DNA of 64,000 nucleotides from Leptogorgia sarmentosa (taxonomy: Eukaryota). The stretch spans positions 6,820,001 through 6,884,000 of the forward strand of contig OZ210884.1 of NCBI GenBank assembly GCA_964658305.1, written 5' to 3'. Shown piece after piece: positions 49,501 to 60,450 of the stretch (its first letter is position 1; every line of letters begins with the position of its first letter). A program made the translations under genes and the position numbers. The notes beneath the pieces are model-generated. The model was given only the letters and a program-made list of their open reading frames with translations, was not told where the DNA came from and did no database searches.

Positions 49501-52500
49501 GTATTAAGATGGCTTACTAGTATTTGTTTTTGAGTATGTATATATTATAGTGCATAGTAGGAAATTTTCCCAAAACCGTATTCGCATGCAATTAATTCTT
49601 AAAGTTTATGATTCTTTAGTATGCGAAGAAGCGCCTATAAACAGGGGAAGTTTCACAAGTTACGAGTATCCGAACTCGTACCCAGGAAATTACCAGTGTT
49701 CCTGGCTGATAAGGAGCTCGTCTGGGTCCGTCATTAAAATAACAACAGGAATTCTGGACTTTCCCACATGCTACAGTGCCACTTGTGATTACTTGGATGT
49801 TTATGACGGTGCTACCAAAAACCATCCGAAAATTGCAAGATTCAAAAGTGGGCAAGAAATTGATTTGGTTTCTAGCCATGACCGAATGTTGGTTGTTTTC
49901 AAATCTCAAGTCCTGAAAAAGACCAAAGGATTGAATGGTTTTCATGCACAGTATTATTCAGTGAAGAAGTCTGAAGGCAAGTGAGACAGTATCTCAAAAA
50001 GATGTTTAAAGGTGTACACTTATAGGTGTTCACCTATTTTTACCGTTTACAGTTCAAAATCATTAAAATCACGACTGATTTCCACTGTATTGAGATAATG
50101 AGACTATCAAGCATCGAAACTTTCTTAAGCTTTTAGATTACAATAAATGGTGCTGGACTTGCGGTAATGAGTATCTTATTATTTGTTTTAAAATAGTTTG
50201 TCCTGGAAGTGGAAATCTTTTTGCAACCAGAGATGAAAAGGCGATGAGTAGTCGAAATTATCCAAGCCCGTATTGGGCAAATGTTTACTGTTCTTGGCGT
50301 ATTGAGGCAGATCCGGATTACGTCATAAGATTTACCATCCAAGCACTTTCTATAGAAAAATGTGAACCGAACTGCAATTGTGACTATGTTGAAGTGTTCA
50401 ATGGATCATCCAGCCGTAGTCCGTCACTAGGGAGGTGGTGTGGTCATGACACTCCTGACTTGTTGTCTAGTGGTAGAAATATGTTTATTGTCATGCGAAC
50501 AAATCTCTTCATTTCTGATAAAGGCTTTAAAGCTGTGTACTCTTCAATCCATAAACGAGAAGGTACTGTGATACACAACTTTGTACAGTATTTTTTAGTT
50601 TAAAATATGGATCGATAATTACGGATCATTTCCACTATCAATTGCAAGCTGACCAAGCATTACAATTTGTAAACTGGTCCTTAAAGATAATTTAGGAGTA
50701 AAAAATTTGTGAGTTTGTGAGTTTTTATGCCTTTTTGAATAATTTTATAAGAGTATGAGTAAAGTATAAGAGTAAAAGTATAAGAGTTATTAACGAAAAC
50801 GATGACGAGTAATGAGACAATTATTTGAAGCGAGGTTAAGTGATTGATTAAAATGATTCAAACTCTTCAGATGTTTGTGAGCGAAAATTCGAGTAATTGA
50901 CACGTTTCCTGCTTCAATTTTAAAGTGATTTATTAATAAAGTTCCACTGCTTTGTTTAACATTGCAGTTTGTCCTGGTAGTGGTCGTCTGAAGCGCAAAA
51001 CAGGAATAATCCAAAGTCCACATTATCCTTCCCAGTACAAAGGTAGCCATACCTGTATTTGGATGATTGAAGCTTTACCAAACCAAGTCGTTCACCTGCA
51101 TACAAGATCTAAGAGTCTCAGTTTGGAGAAATGTGGTCTGCCACACACTTGTACGTGTGACTTTCTTGAAGTATTTGATGGACTGATGAAAAATGATTCC
51201 AAGGGGAAATGGTGCGAAACGGAGCTCGATGTTTTGTCGTCCGGTCGATTCCTAAAATTAATATTTATTAGTAACGAGGATACCAGTGGTGGAGGCTTTG
51301 AGCTGGAGTATCTCATGTTGAATAAAAGCAAAGGTAAATATACGACACCATATGCATTAAGTTAATGCAGCCATTAAGTAACTCTTGCCTTATTAAGCAA
51401 ACAACAGTTTTGGCAACGTTTTATTAATTAAGGCGATGTGTTCCTAGTTGAGTAAAAAACATAGCGTTTGGGAGTAATTTAATTTGAGGTGGCCGACTAT
51501 ACATTGCCGCAAAATGTTTTTGTACAAACTGAAATACGTACAGTCGCCTATTTTTCTTTCAATTCTCCACCTCGCTTCAAAATGTACGTTTACTGATGTA
51601 CCACTAATTTAAAGCAACCTAAGTTTAAAATAATAAACTGCATGAAAAGTCATTGATAACTCAGATCACTGCATACTAGTCTTTTACCAAGACTTTTTAC
51701 CAAGAGTCGCTTTCAATACATAGATCGTATTATACTGACATTATCAAGCTTCTTCCCAAAATATAAATATATTGCATTATGATTCTGTCCTGATTATGAC
51801 TAGAACGTATATTTGAACTACATCGAAATCTGTTCTTTTTCTTAAATTTAGTTTGCCCAAAGGTTGAACTGTCTAAAACAACTGGAACAATCAATAGTTA
51901 TAATTATCCTGGAAAGTTTCCAGGAAACATAGATTGCCTTTGGGTTCTTGAAGCGCCTCATGAAGAAAGCGTCATCAATTTTGAATTCCGAGATTTTAAT
52001 TTGGGAACTTGCGACCCGAGTTTAACATGTATAGAGTGTGGGTCCAAAGTTCAGGCGCACGAAATATCTCAGTCATCGAAGATCCTGACGTATGAAACCT
52101 GGTGCAGGGATGAAGCTCCGAAGCTTACGTTCTTCCATGGATCTCGACTGAACCTGAAATTTCAGACAAGTTCCAGGACTCAGGGGAAAGGTTTTGTGGC
52201 AAAGTATAGATATGTTCGAAAGAATTTAGGTAAATATGCATGCATAAAATTAGGCCTGTGGTTTATACCTCGCTCTTAAAAGGCTCTGTTACACGATGCA
52301 ATTGTTCATGCAACTTAAATTTCAACGCAATTCGGCTTTCAAGACATGTAAAATAAAGACTGTTTGACTTGTAAACACGTACAATTCATTAGGAAAATTT
52401 ATAATGAAGACTCGTACTTGCCAATTTCACATCTCTTAACAATAGAATTGTGATGTAAGTTGCACCGTGAAAAATTGCACCGTGTAACAGGGCCAGCCAG

Positions 52501-54378
52501 TAGCTATGTTGAACTTTCGTTGCATCAGATGCAATACGAACAATAGATAATAAATGAGATGATTTAAATTATTATCTATTGTTTGAATTTCATTTGACAC
52601 GACGAAAGTTCAACATGACTCATAAGAGCAACGTATAAACTAGAAATTAAATGTAACTTTGGCCTGCCCCCTTGATCGGTACCCATGTAAACAATATTTC
52701 CAATATTTCATAGGTTGTCGCGGCACCGGTATGATGAGGAAATCCAGTGGGAAAATTGAAGGCCCTGACTTTCCCTTCAGTCAAACTCCCGAATACTTTT
52801 GTGTTTGGCAGGTACAAGTTGCGAAAGAAAACAAAATTCGAATTTCTATAACGTATAAATCCGCACAAGAAAATTTACCGTGTTTTAAACACTATTTGCA
52901 AATCTTCGATGGCCCATTTCCAACCAACCAGTCGCTGGCTCGAATCTGCTTGGACACCGCAAGCGATGATGTGACTTCAACTGGACCTGAGTTGTATGTA
53001 ATGCTTTGGATTGATTCGGGCCTCGACGAAAAAGAAAGGCCAATATTCTCAGCGACCTACGAAGAAGTAACAGGTATCATTTTGCATATTGGTTTCAGCA
53101 ATATTCAGTACTTTGTCAATACCCTTTATGCACAGTAATTGCAAAATTGTTATTTACTATTAGAACTGAGAATATTGTCGCTTCACACCAGTTCAAAAAA
53201 AGTAGCGATGTATATTCACAAAAAACTGATGCTCATCGCATTGTGTTTACTTGGTAAATGTTTCATGTACTCTCCGCCTTAATGGGTCGACCACGCTTTT
53301 CGTTTCAGGCGTAACTAACTAAGTATACAGATAGAAGTTAATAACTATAGAAAAGACGATTACGCCATATATAATGCATTGTCTTTTATAGTAAACATCC
53401 TTATGCTATCCCTATAAAGCAACACATTGTCATTGTTATTAAAATGTATTTTTGATTTTCTCAATTCAGCAATTCCTGAGTCAAGCAGTGGTCCTCACCC
53501 AGGTATATATATGTATAGAGAGAGAGAGAGAGAGAGAGAGTGGAATCATAAGGTGGCTCTGATCATTCAGGGCCACCTGATGATTCCTCTTGGATGAAAC
53601 AGGCTGTAGTGGCACCTTTTTGAGGCAAAACTATACTATTTGCTCTATCTATAATCTATATGCATGGTATCGAGCACTCTTTGTATATTTAACAATTATA
53701 CCATGAGCTCGAGTCGTATATGAGCTGATAGCCGACGAGGCGCAGCCGAGTTGGCTATCAGCCATATACGACGAGAGCGAATGGTATAATTGTTTTATTA
53801 TATAGACAAAAGGCGAACATTATAAAATTTATTAAAATCATACATTTGAGGGAAACGCTCAACCATTTTCAGCCATTTTGTTTTAAGCTTACTTGATTGA
53901 GATAATTAATTCGTCCTACTCACTATATATGAAGTAATAGCTAGTGAGTAGCTCAGCCAATCAGATTACAGAATATCTCATATATAGTGCTCGTCTATAT
54001 AATAAATAGAGATATATGTTGGGGAACAATTTTAAAAATGAGTTTAATTCCTTTGGTGTGCCTATGACACAGATATTTGTCCATGAGATTTCGTAGTGCA
54101 TTATACAATATAAGAAATCAAAGATTCTATCATGCATTATGTACGTAAACTATGATGAATCTCTATTATGAATCTCTCCATTAGCTTCATGGAGTTTATG
54201 AATCTCTCCATTATTTCCAGCAATTATCGCTGTAGGCGTGCTTGGGGGCATAGCAGTGATGGCAGGCACTTGCATAATGATTTATTGTTACTGCTGGAAG
54301 CGTCGTAACCATAGTAACCAGAGTTACCTTCGTACTATACGTAATCCTGTGTACAGACAGAACACACTTAGCAGATGA
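43502..54378 (+). CDS. Type I membrane protein with 8 CUB domains and a cytoplasmic NPVY motif, about 1036 aa, 13 exons
   Basis: Exons: 43502-43517 and 45780-45830 (signal MHLFEVILLSVQCLCITLTYG), 46396-46731 (CUB1), 47205-47534 (CUB2), 48435-48628 and 49267-49432 (CUB3), 49620-49976 (CUB4, GC donor), 50197-50562 (CUB5), 50968-51333 (CUB6), 51852-52229 (CUB7), 52714-53073 (CUB8), 53470-53502 (linker), 54221-54378 (TM IIAVGVLGGIAVMAGTCIMIYCYCW, then KRR..IRNPVYRQNTLSR and stop). CUB motifs SP.YP..Y..C.W and CD(Y/F)LE(V/I)FDG. The 16-nt first exon is the least certain. Confidence 0.88.
43841..44003 (-). mobile_element. tRNA-derived SINE copy in the first intron of the CUB gene
   Basis: Minus strand reads TAACTCAGTTGGTAGAG (A box), then GGTTCGATACCC (B box), with the anticodon arm missing, followed by a non-tRNA body and a short repetitive tail. 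Confidence 0.65.
45426..45607. mobile_element. PIF/Harbinger-type MITE
   Basis: TIR GGCCCCTATTACACTATACCGGATT / AATCCGGTATAGTGTAATAGGGGCT. 3-bp TSD TCA at 45423-45425 and 45608-45610. Confidence 0.8.
46139..46365. mobile_element. Degenerate GC-rich MITE-like insertion
   Basis: Imperfect TIR CAGGAGCCACAGAA / TTCCGCGGCCCATG with repeated GTGCCC(T/C)TTT motifs. No clear TSD. Confidence 0.4.
47991..48301. mobile_element. hAT-type MITE
   Basis: Imperfect TIR CAAGGGCGCCG / CGGCACCCTCG. Perfect 8-bp TSD GTCACTGG at 47983-47990 and 48302-48309. Confidence 0.8.
52282..52494. mobile_element. PIF/Harbinger-like MITE
   Basis: TIR GGCTCTGTTACACGATGCAATT / AATTGCACCGTGTAACAGGGCC. Confidence 0.65.
52506..52617. 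repeat. Inverted-repeat element remnant related to 62821-62948
   Basis: ATGTTGAACTTTCGT / ACGAAAGTTCAACAT. Confidence 0.5.
53517..53540. repeat. (AG)n microsatellite
   Basis: About 12 AG units just after the CUB linker exon. Confidence 0.9.
53686..54005. repeat. Dispersed repeat with a terminal hairpin of about 104 bp
   Basis: Starts TATTTAACAATTATACCAT and folds back at ATGGTATAATTGTT (53691-53794). Ends with AGCCAATCAGATT..., the same architecture as 31400-31691. Confidence 0.6.
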
Positions 54379-54790
54379 AGACTGTGGCTACTAACTGTGG
54401 ACAAAGCAACTACTCATGAGTATTTGATGTAAACCTAATTTCACGTTACTTGCCGAACTCTTTTGATAACTATTGGTTTGTATATTAATTTAAATTCACG
54501 TATAGAATATCTTAACGCGTAACACTATTACACTATTACACTATTTTCGAAAATTCAGTCTACAAAACGTTGATAATGTGTTTGGGACGGTGCTGACAGA
54601 CTCAACGGCGTTCTTTTGGTGGAAGCAAACGTTTTCCTCACTACACGCAGATTCGACGTTTCAAGTATAGTTGCTTTGTCAAGAAATTGTGTGCGGATTC
54701 GCAGAAAACATGTGACCCCCACATGCACCAATTTGGTCAAAACATCGATCGAATTTCATTGCGCCATTTAGGTTGTGAGAAGAACTTTTC

Positions 54791-54867
54791 CAACCTCGTA
54801 ACCAGGGTCTTGATACTCGCTCCCCGCTACGGAAAGAGCGAGTATCAAGACCCTGGGTACGAGGTTG
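54791..54867. mobile_element. 77-bp palindromic mini-element with a 9-bp TSD
   Basis: CAACCTCGTAACCAGGGTCTTGATACTCGCTC folds onto GAGCGAGTATCAAGACCCTGGGTACGAGGTTG. GAACTTTTC is duplicated at 54782-54790 and 54868-54876. Confidence 0.85.
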
Positions 54868-56119
54868 GAACTTTTCCGTCTTTTCGTGCTCGTGACAGCA
54901 CAAGCAGGTCAGCACCGTAATCAGTTTCAGTTAGGCTACTCACGCTGGTGTATATTCTTTCTCCTTCAAACATGTCCTTCACAAACATAAAAATATAAAC
55001 ACGTAACTGCATGAGATGATTATCTTCGCCATATTGTCTACGAAACTCCGCGTTGTAAAAGAACCGACTTTTGCTGCTTACGTGTTGTATAAATGTTAGA
55101 ATCATTTATAGTTAATGAAACTTAACTTTTTATTACTCATGCACTACATAGTACTACCAACCTATCTACAATATTTACGAATTTAACTATTCATGTACTC
55201 ATTCATATAACTATCAAACTATTCATGCATGTAATTATATACTATGCTATAATCCTTTTCCGGCATTTGTAATTTTCTTGCTATCGTAGCTATTAAGTTA
55301 GCTAGGTTAAGTTCAACAAATAAAGTTACATATGTAGTTACATGCCCCTGTGAAAATCATCTTTGGTTGACAGCGTGTGTAAAGAAGGATTTTTAAACTG
55401 TTTATCCAAAATGTTTTAACTAGCTATATTGTTATATTTTCAATAAGCAGTGTCTCGTTGTGTGATAACGATAGTCGAAGCTTTTGTAACTTTTTGTGCG
55501 AAGTTAATAAAAATCGCGAATTTTAGACAATTAATCGTCCTTTTTGGAGTTTTTTTTCCTCCCCCTGCGTGAGTGCCAGGAATGCTAGATGACTATCAGC
55601 TGGGATATAGAGTTATCGCTTTTTTGCAGTAAATCCCTCTCCCTGAGTGCCCGCAATGCATGTTAGAATATTATCAGTGATAAATTTAATTAAAGATCCC
55701 CAAAAGTTTGGACTTTGATCTTCTTTATACTCCCTGACCATATGCTCATTTTGAGAACAATACACAAACTGCTTCATTTCCACATTCTACCTTGTAATTA
55801 AAGAAACTTAGCAACAATCATTCGACTGAAATTAATTTCAAACTAAGCTATAGCAATATAGTGCAGTAAGTACTAAAAACTATAAATTTTGTCATATACC
55901 TTTTGTCGGTTAGAAATTTCTGTTTTGTTATTGTAAATTTGTGAGCATTTCTTTTCTGACTAAAATTTCTAAAATAAACCCTTAATTGACAACATTAATT
56001 GTTGGAAATCAATCTTGTGAAGTCAATATTAAGTAGCTGACAAAGAGATAGCGCTCTTTCTATATTAAAATTTCTCATTAAAAAGCTCGTAGTTTAAGTA
56101 TATTATTGTAGTTTCCAGT

Positions 56120-57115
56120 ATGGATGCAAACGGTTCTCTTTGGAAAATCTGCAGCTTCTACGAAAGGACTTTCCAACTTCCTCTTGGATTTCCATCGAGA
56201 GCATACTATATCAATTATATTCTCACTTGTGTTGTGAATGTAGTTCTAACTTTATCAACAATATCTTTAAATACAGTCACAATTCTTGCTTATTGGAGAT
56301 CTGAGCAGCTGAGAAGAAAGACATCGTATTTTTTAATAATGTTGTTGTCTTTCGTTGATCTTGCCACTGGAACACTGGGGAATTCAAGTTTTGTACTACT
56401 GTCGGTCAAAGTACTAACGCACGATCCAGATTGCAGGTATTTCATATTTTTGGAAAACATATCTTTATCTCTGGCCGCAATGTCTTTCATGACTTTACTT
56501 CTACTGAACATCGAAAGATATTTTTGTATTGTCTATCCAATTTTCCATCGCAAAAACGTCACAAAACGTAAACTTTTTATCGTCGCTTTGATCTTATGGA
56601 GTCTCGGGTTAGCATCAACATTACTGCGTTTATTTCTAAACAAGATTGGACGGACTTTGACTACTATTGTGATAGTGGTGACTTTTGTTCTGTTCATTTA
56701 TATTTATGCCACAATATACCGTAACAGTCGGAAAGTGGCGCGATTTCCCAAGCGAGAAAAAACGGAGAATGATGGGAAGCAATTGCAGGATCTTAAAGTA
56801 GCGAAATCTTGTGCAATCGTAGTTGGATGTACATTTCTTTGTACAATACCTTTTGCTGTGACAAACACTCTAGCACCGTTCACATTTTTGACATATTCAC
56901 TGGCTTACTGGAGTTGTACTTTAGGCCTCTCATCTTCCACCTTGAATTCACTCATTTTCTTTTGGAGAAATCCTGCTCTGAGGAAGGAGGCAAAGCTACT
57001 TTTGAGGGGAGTGTGTCCCAGAAGATGTCGTCAAGATGTTACAGTAATGAGCGTGACAGTCCAACCCAGCATCGCAGTGACTTCGCACGAGAATGAACAT
57101 GTTAGGTTGGATTAG
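56120..57115 (+). CDS. Intronless rhodopsin-like (class A) orphan GPCR, 331 aa
   Basis: Seven TM segments. SLN (TM1), LSFVDL (TM2), NIERY (TM3), CTIP (TM6), NSLIFFWRN (TM7). Same subfamily signature as the two 5' GPCRs but more diverged. Confidence 0.92.
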   Translation: MDANGSLWKICSFYERTFQLPLGFPSRAYYINYILTCVVNVVLTLSTISLNTVTILAYWRSEQLRRKTSYFLIMLLSFVDLATGTLGNSSFVLLSVKVLTHDPDCRYFIFLENISLSLAAMSFMTLLLLNIERYFCIVYPIFHRKNVTKRKLFIVALILWSLGLASTLLRLFLNKIGRTLTTIVIVVTFVLFIYIYATIYRNSRKVARFPKREKTENDGKQLQDLKVAKSCAIVVGCTFLCTIPFAVTNTLAPFTFLTYSLAYWSCTLGLSSSTLNSLIFFWRNPALRKEAKLLLRGVCPRRCRQDVTVMSVTVQPSIAVTSHENEHVRLD

Positions 57116-60051
57116 AACTCCATGCACAGATTTTTAATCACTAAATAGCACACAAGTGGAGGATTGGGCCATGCATGCAATTTCTTGGAAAAAAATAAGT
57201 TTCTTTTCAAACTTTAATACGTCAGCTAGTCCTAGTAGTGGATAACAAGCAGCATAGATTTGGCTCTACCTATAAACGATCTATAAGATTCGGCGTTTTA
57301 GCCGTTAGGAGTATAAAGGCCTCTGCACATTTGCTGCATGAAATCCGTTTACATTGCAAAATCTTTGTCATGAAATACCACTGTTGTATAAATGTTGTTT
57401 CAGATTAATGATCTTTCCCTAGAGTAGATATTAAAAGTCATTGTAATTATTTTTAAATCCCTCAAACTGCCGTTGATGACATATAAAGAAGTTATTGACT
57501 TCACGAAGCCGTACGGACTAGAAAGAATTCAAGGAGGCTGTCAGTGCCCAACAAGACGGCAAAAATTGGCTGATATTGGTAAATGTCTAAGGGCGTGTAT
57601 GAAGTAGGAGGCCGGTAGCAATTGACTTGAGAGGATCAACCTTAATTGGCCCCGCGAGCGGACAAATTTAGAAATATGTTATTACTAGAAAGTGAAAATT
57701 CAGAATAAATCATTATTTAATTGTTATGTTAATTTTGAGAACTGAGTTGTATTTATTCCAGTTATTTCCATGATCACTAAGGGCTAGTATTCCGCTCAAA
57801 ACGAGGCGCCGGCTGTTTTGCCGTGCAAATTTATGAGCCGCAAATAAACAAACAAACTAAACATCAATTTCTGTCAAAACTCTAAAAACAATGCCTAAAA
57901 ACAATGCTCTAAATATAACAACTGTGTCACTCTTAACTAAAGAAGATGAATAAGATTGCCTCTAATTTTTTGCTCAACACCGCTCTCACTGGCGACCTTA
58001 AAATTAATGATCGCTTGTAAGATGAGTGGTTTGGAGTGGTTTCGTGTTGTGCAAGGACTTAATTTCGCTGTGAATATATCATTCACATGCAATAGTTTAC
58101 ATGGTACCATTACAAGGGGGAGAAGTGCAATTGATGACTATAAATGATTTTCAGAAAATTTTCCCGGCGAGTGAGATGTGGGTTGTATTTAGGAAAAATC
58201 ATGATTAGCAACGCTAAAAAATTCTGTTGCATAAAAAGGCAGTTGCCAAGTAAATTCCATATATATAGTATATAGTATAACAGCTATAATCCTTTAATTA
58301 TTGCTGCAACTTCTTCAGGTGTAGAAAAGCTGTCGTTCAATCACGCGACAATCAAGATCACGTTGTTGTAAAAGAGCCAAATCAGATCCCTGAATCTCAG
58401 TTTCAAAAGTTCCCTTGTTCTTAAATTGCTGTTGATAAAATCAGATTAAAAATATAGATAATTATGCTCAGTGTATTTTGTAACTATAGCAATACCAACC
58501 ACCTATAGCTTTTCACTTTTGTATGTCTTTATGAGTTTTTTCCGCGTGTTTGGATGTTTTTGTATATATGCCACTTAAGTGTTCATCATAATTATGTTCT
58601 ATTTCTGTCATTTTTATCTTTTTTATCTGAATTGAATTATATTGTGACGAAAACCACTGACAAAATAAAACTGACTTCGCTAAAATAATCCAGTTGGAGT
58701 ATAGTGTGTAACGTTAGTCTGCGATAATAGCTAGCATGATCTCGATCTATACTAAAGCTATATTCGCTTTACATTATTGCAATTCAAAGACGAAGTCACG
58801 AGTCTCCCCCTCCCCCATCTTAATTTCGGTTGTCTAAAAGAACTCTTTGAACTAATATTTCACCTTTGAGTGTATTCTATTATGAAGACGGGAAGCAATG
58901 CGTAGCAACGATTTGCTAAATCACAACTGAAACCGAACGTTCTATTTAACCAAATTTTTAGTTGTCCTAGCGATTGTCTTGTTCCTTTCAAGATAAAGTT
59001 TCGTTTCAAAACCAATGACTTAGCCAGTGCCATAACCTAGTTAGCCAGCAAATTTACCTGGTGGAAAATAGTTTTATACAAGGCCAATAATGGCAGAACT
59101 ATAGAAAAGAAGGCATTTTCAGAAATTTTTCATCCATGTCCATATAGCCATATTATGCACATGGATGGAAAATGTTGCACATATAAACGCCCTTCGTGGA
59201 CACCAGGTAAGGGTGACGTTGTAAGCGTCATTAAATAAAGTTATTGATTGATTGATAGCCAGAACCCTTAGTTATGATTTCAAGTCCGGGTTTCTGTACT
59301 CCATTCCAGAGTCTTCCACGAAATCCGTTTTTTAGTTCAGGTTTTCTTAGAGTCTGAGTTCGTTCTTGATATTTCTTCTATCTCTCTTTGCTATTGAAAC
59401 ATATGTTCGGTTGACAACCCGTAGCCATGACAATAGATAAACAAGTACTTCATACAAAAACAATGATAATCGTATCATTTCAGTATCATAGAATACTCTA
59501 CACTTCTTTTCTAACTACATTCGTAGCGAACTTCTTATAAGAGTATACTGTGGAATAAATTCAAAATTCTCAGTATTGTTAATAAAGCTTTGACAATTTC
59601 ACGGCAGGTGAAGAAAGTTCCGTGTTGACTTCCGTTGCCAAGTGATTTTAAACATAACCTTGATTCGGAAGGCAGCAGCTGTGATTATTGTTGGCTCGTC
59701 CAATCAGATTGCAGCTAAACAAAACGCGGCCACGTTGTCGTGGATTCACTATGACATTTGAAATAAATTTGGGCATTCTTTCTTTCAATTTTAATAACAA
59801 CACTTTAAAGAACTCTTTGTATTTAATTGTTGCGCAGTAAACAAGACGTTATGGAAATTGGCAAAAGAATAAGAGACGTGAGACATTTTCAACTAAAGAG
59901 ACACACTGGCTTGTGGTAACCAGCGCTCGCGGGAGACTTTCGTTTGTCTGAGCTAAACTACATAGTACACTATCAATCAATATTATTAGCACTGTCGTGT
60001 AATGCAACTTTGTATATAAAGCACAGGGATTTAATATTTACCTATATAAAT

Positions 60052-60450
60052 ATGAAGATTATCGATATTCTCGCCGCTCAAAAGGATTGCGTGGAAAATT
60101 ATGCTGCTGGGACTTTATTAAAGCCGTCCATTGAGGAGAGTAACTGTGAATCAATCGCCGAAAGTTGGTCAGGAGATGAAAGTGATTCAGACGAAGACGA
60201 TGAACTTAATTTAAGTTTTCGTGAGGGAATGAAACGGACTGCATCTGATGAATTTTGTCACGACTTGAAGCGGATTAAGTTTGACAATAATGTACGAGAT
60301 TTGACCGACAATTTCACATTTCAACTTGATTTGGTTCTCAGTGTGGACACAAATAAATCAGGAGAAGCAATAAGAAACAATAATGTTACTGAACCGCAAA
60401 GTAATTCCAAAACTGGCGCTAAAAGAGGCAGGCCTAACGAAGGCAGTTGA
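60052..60450 (+). CDS. Possible orphan acidic protein or exon, 132 aa from the ATG
   Basis: Open frame with an acidic tract (GDESDSDEDDE) and a KRGRP AT-hook/NLS-like motif. TATATAAA motifs just upstream. No recognisable family. Confidence 0.3.
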   Translation: MKIIDILAAQKDCVENYAAGTLLKPSIEESNCESIAESWSGDESDSDEDDELNLSFREGMKRTASDEFCHDLKRIKFDNNVRDLTDNFTFQLDLVLSVDTNKSGEAIRNNNVTEPQSNSKTGAKRGRPNEGS

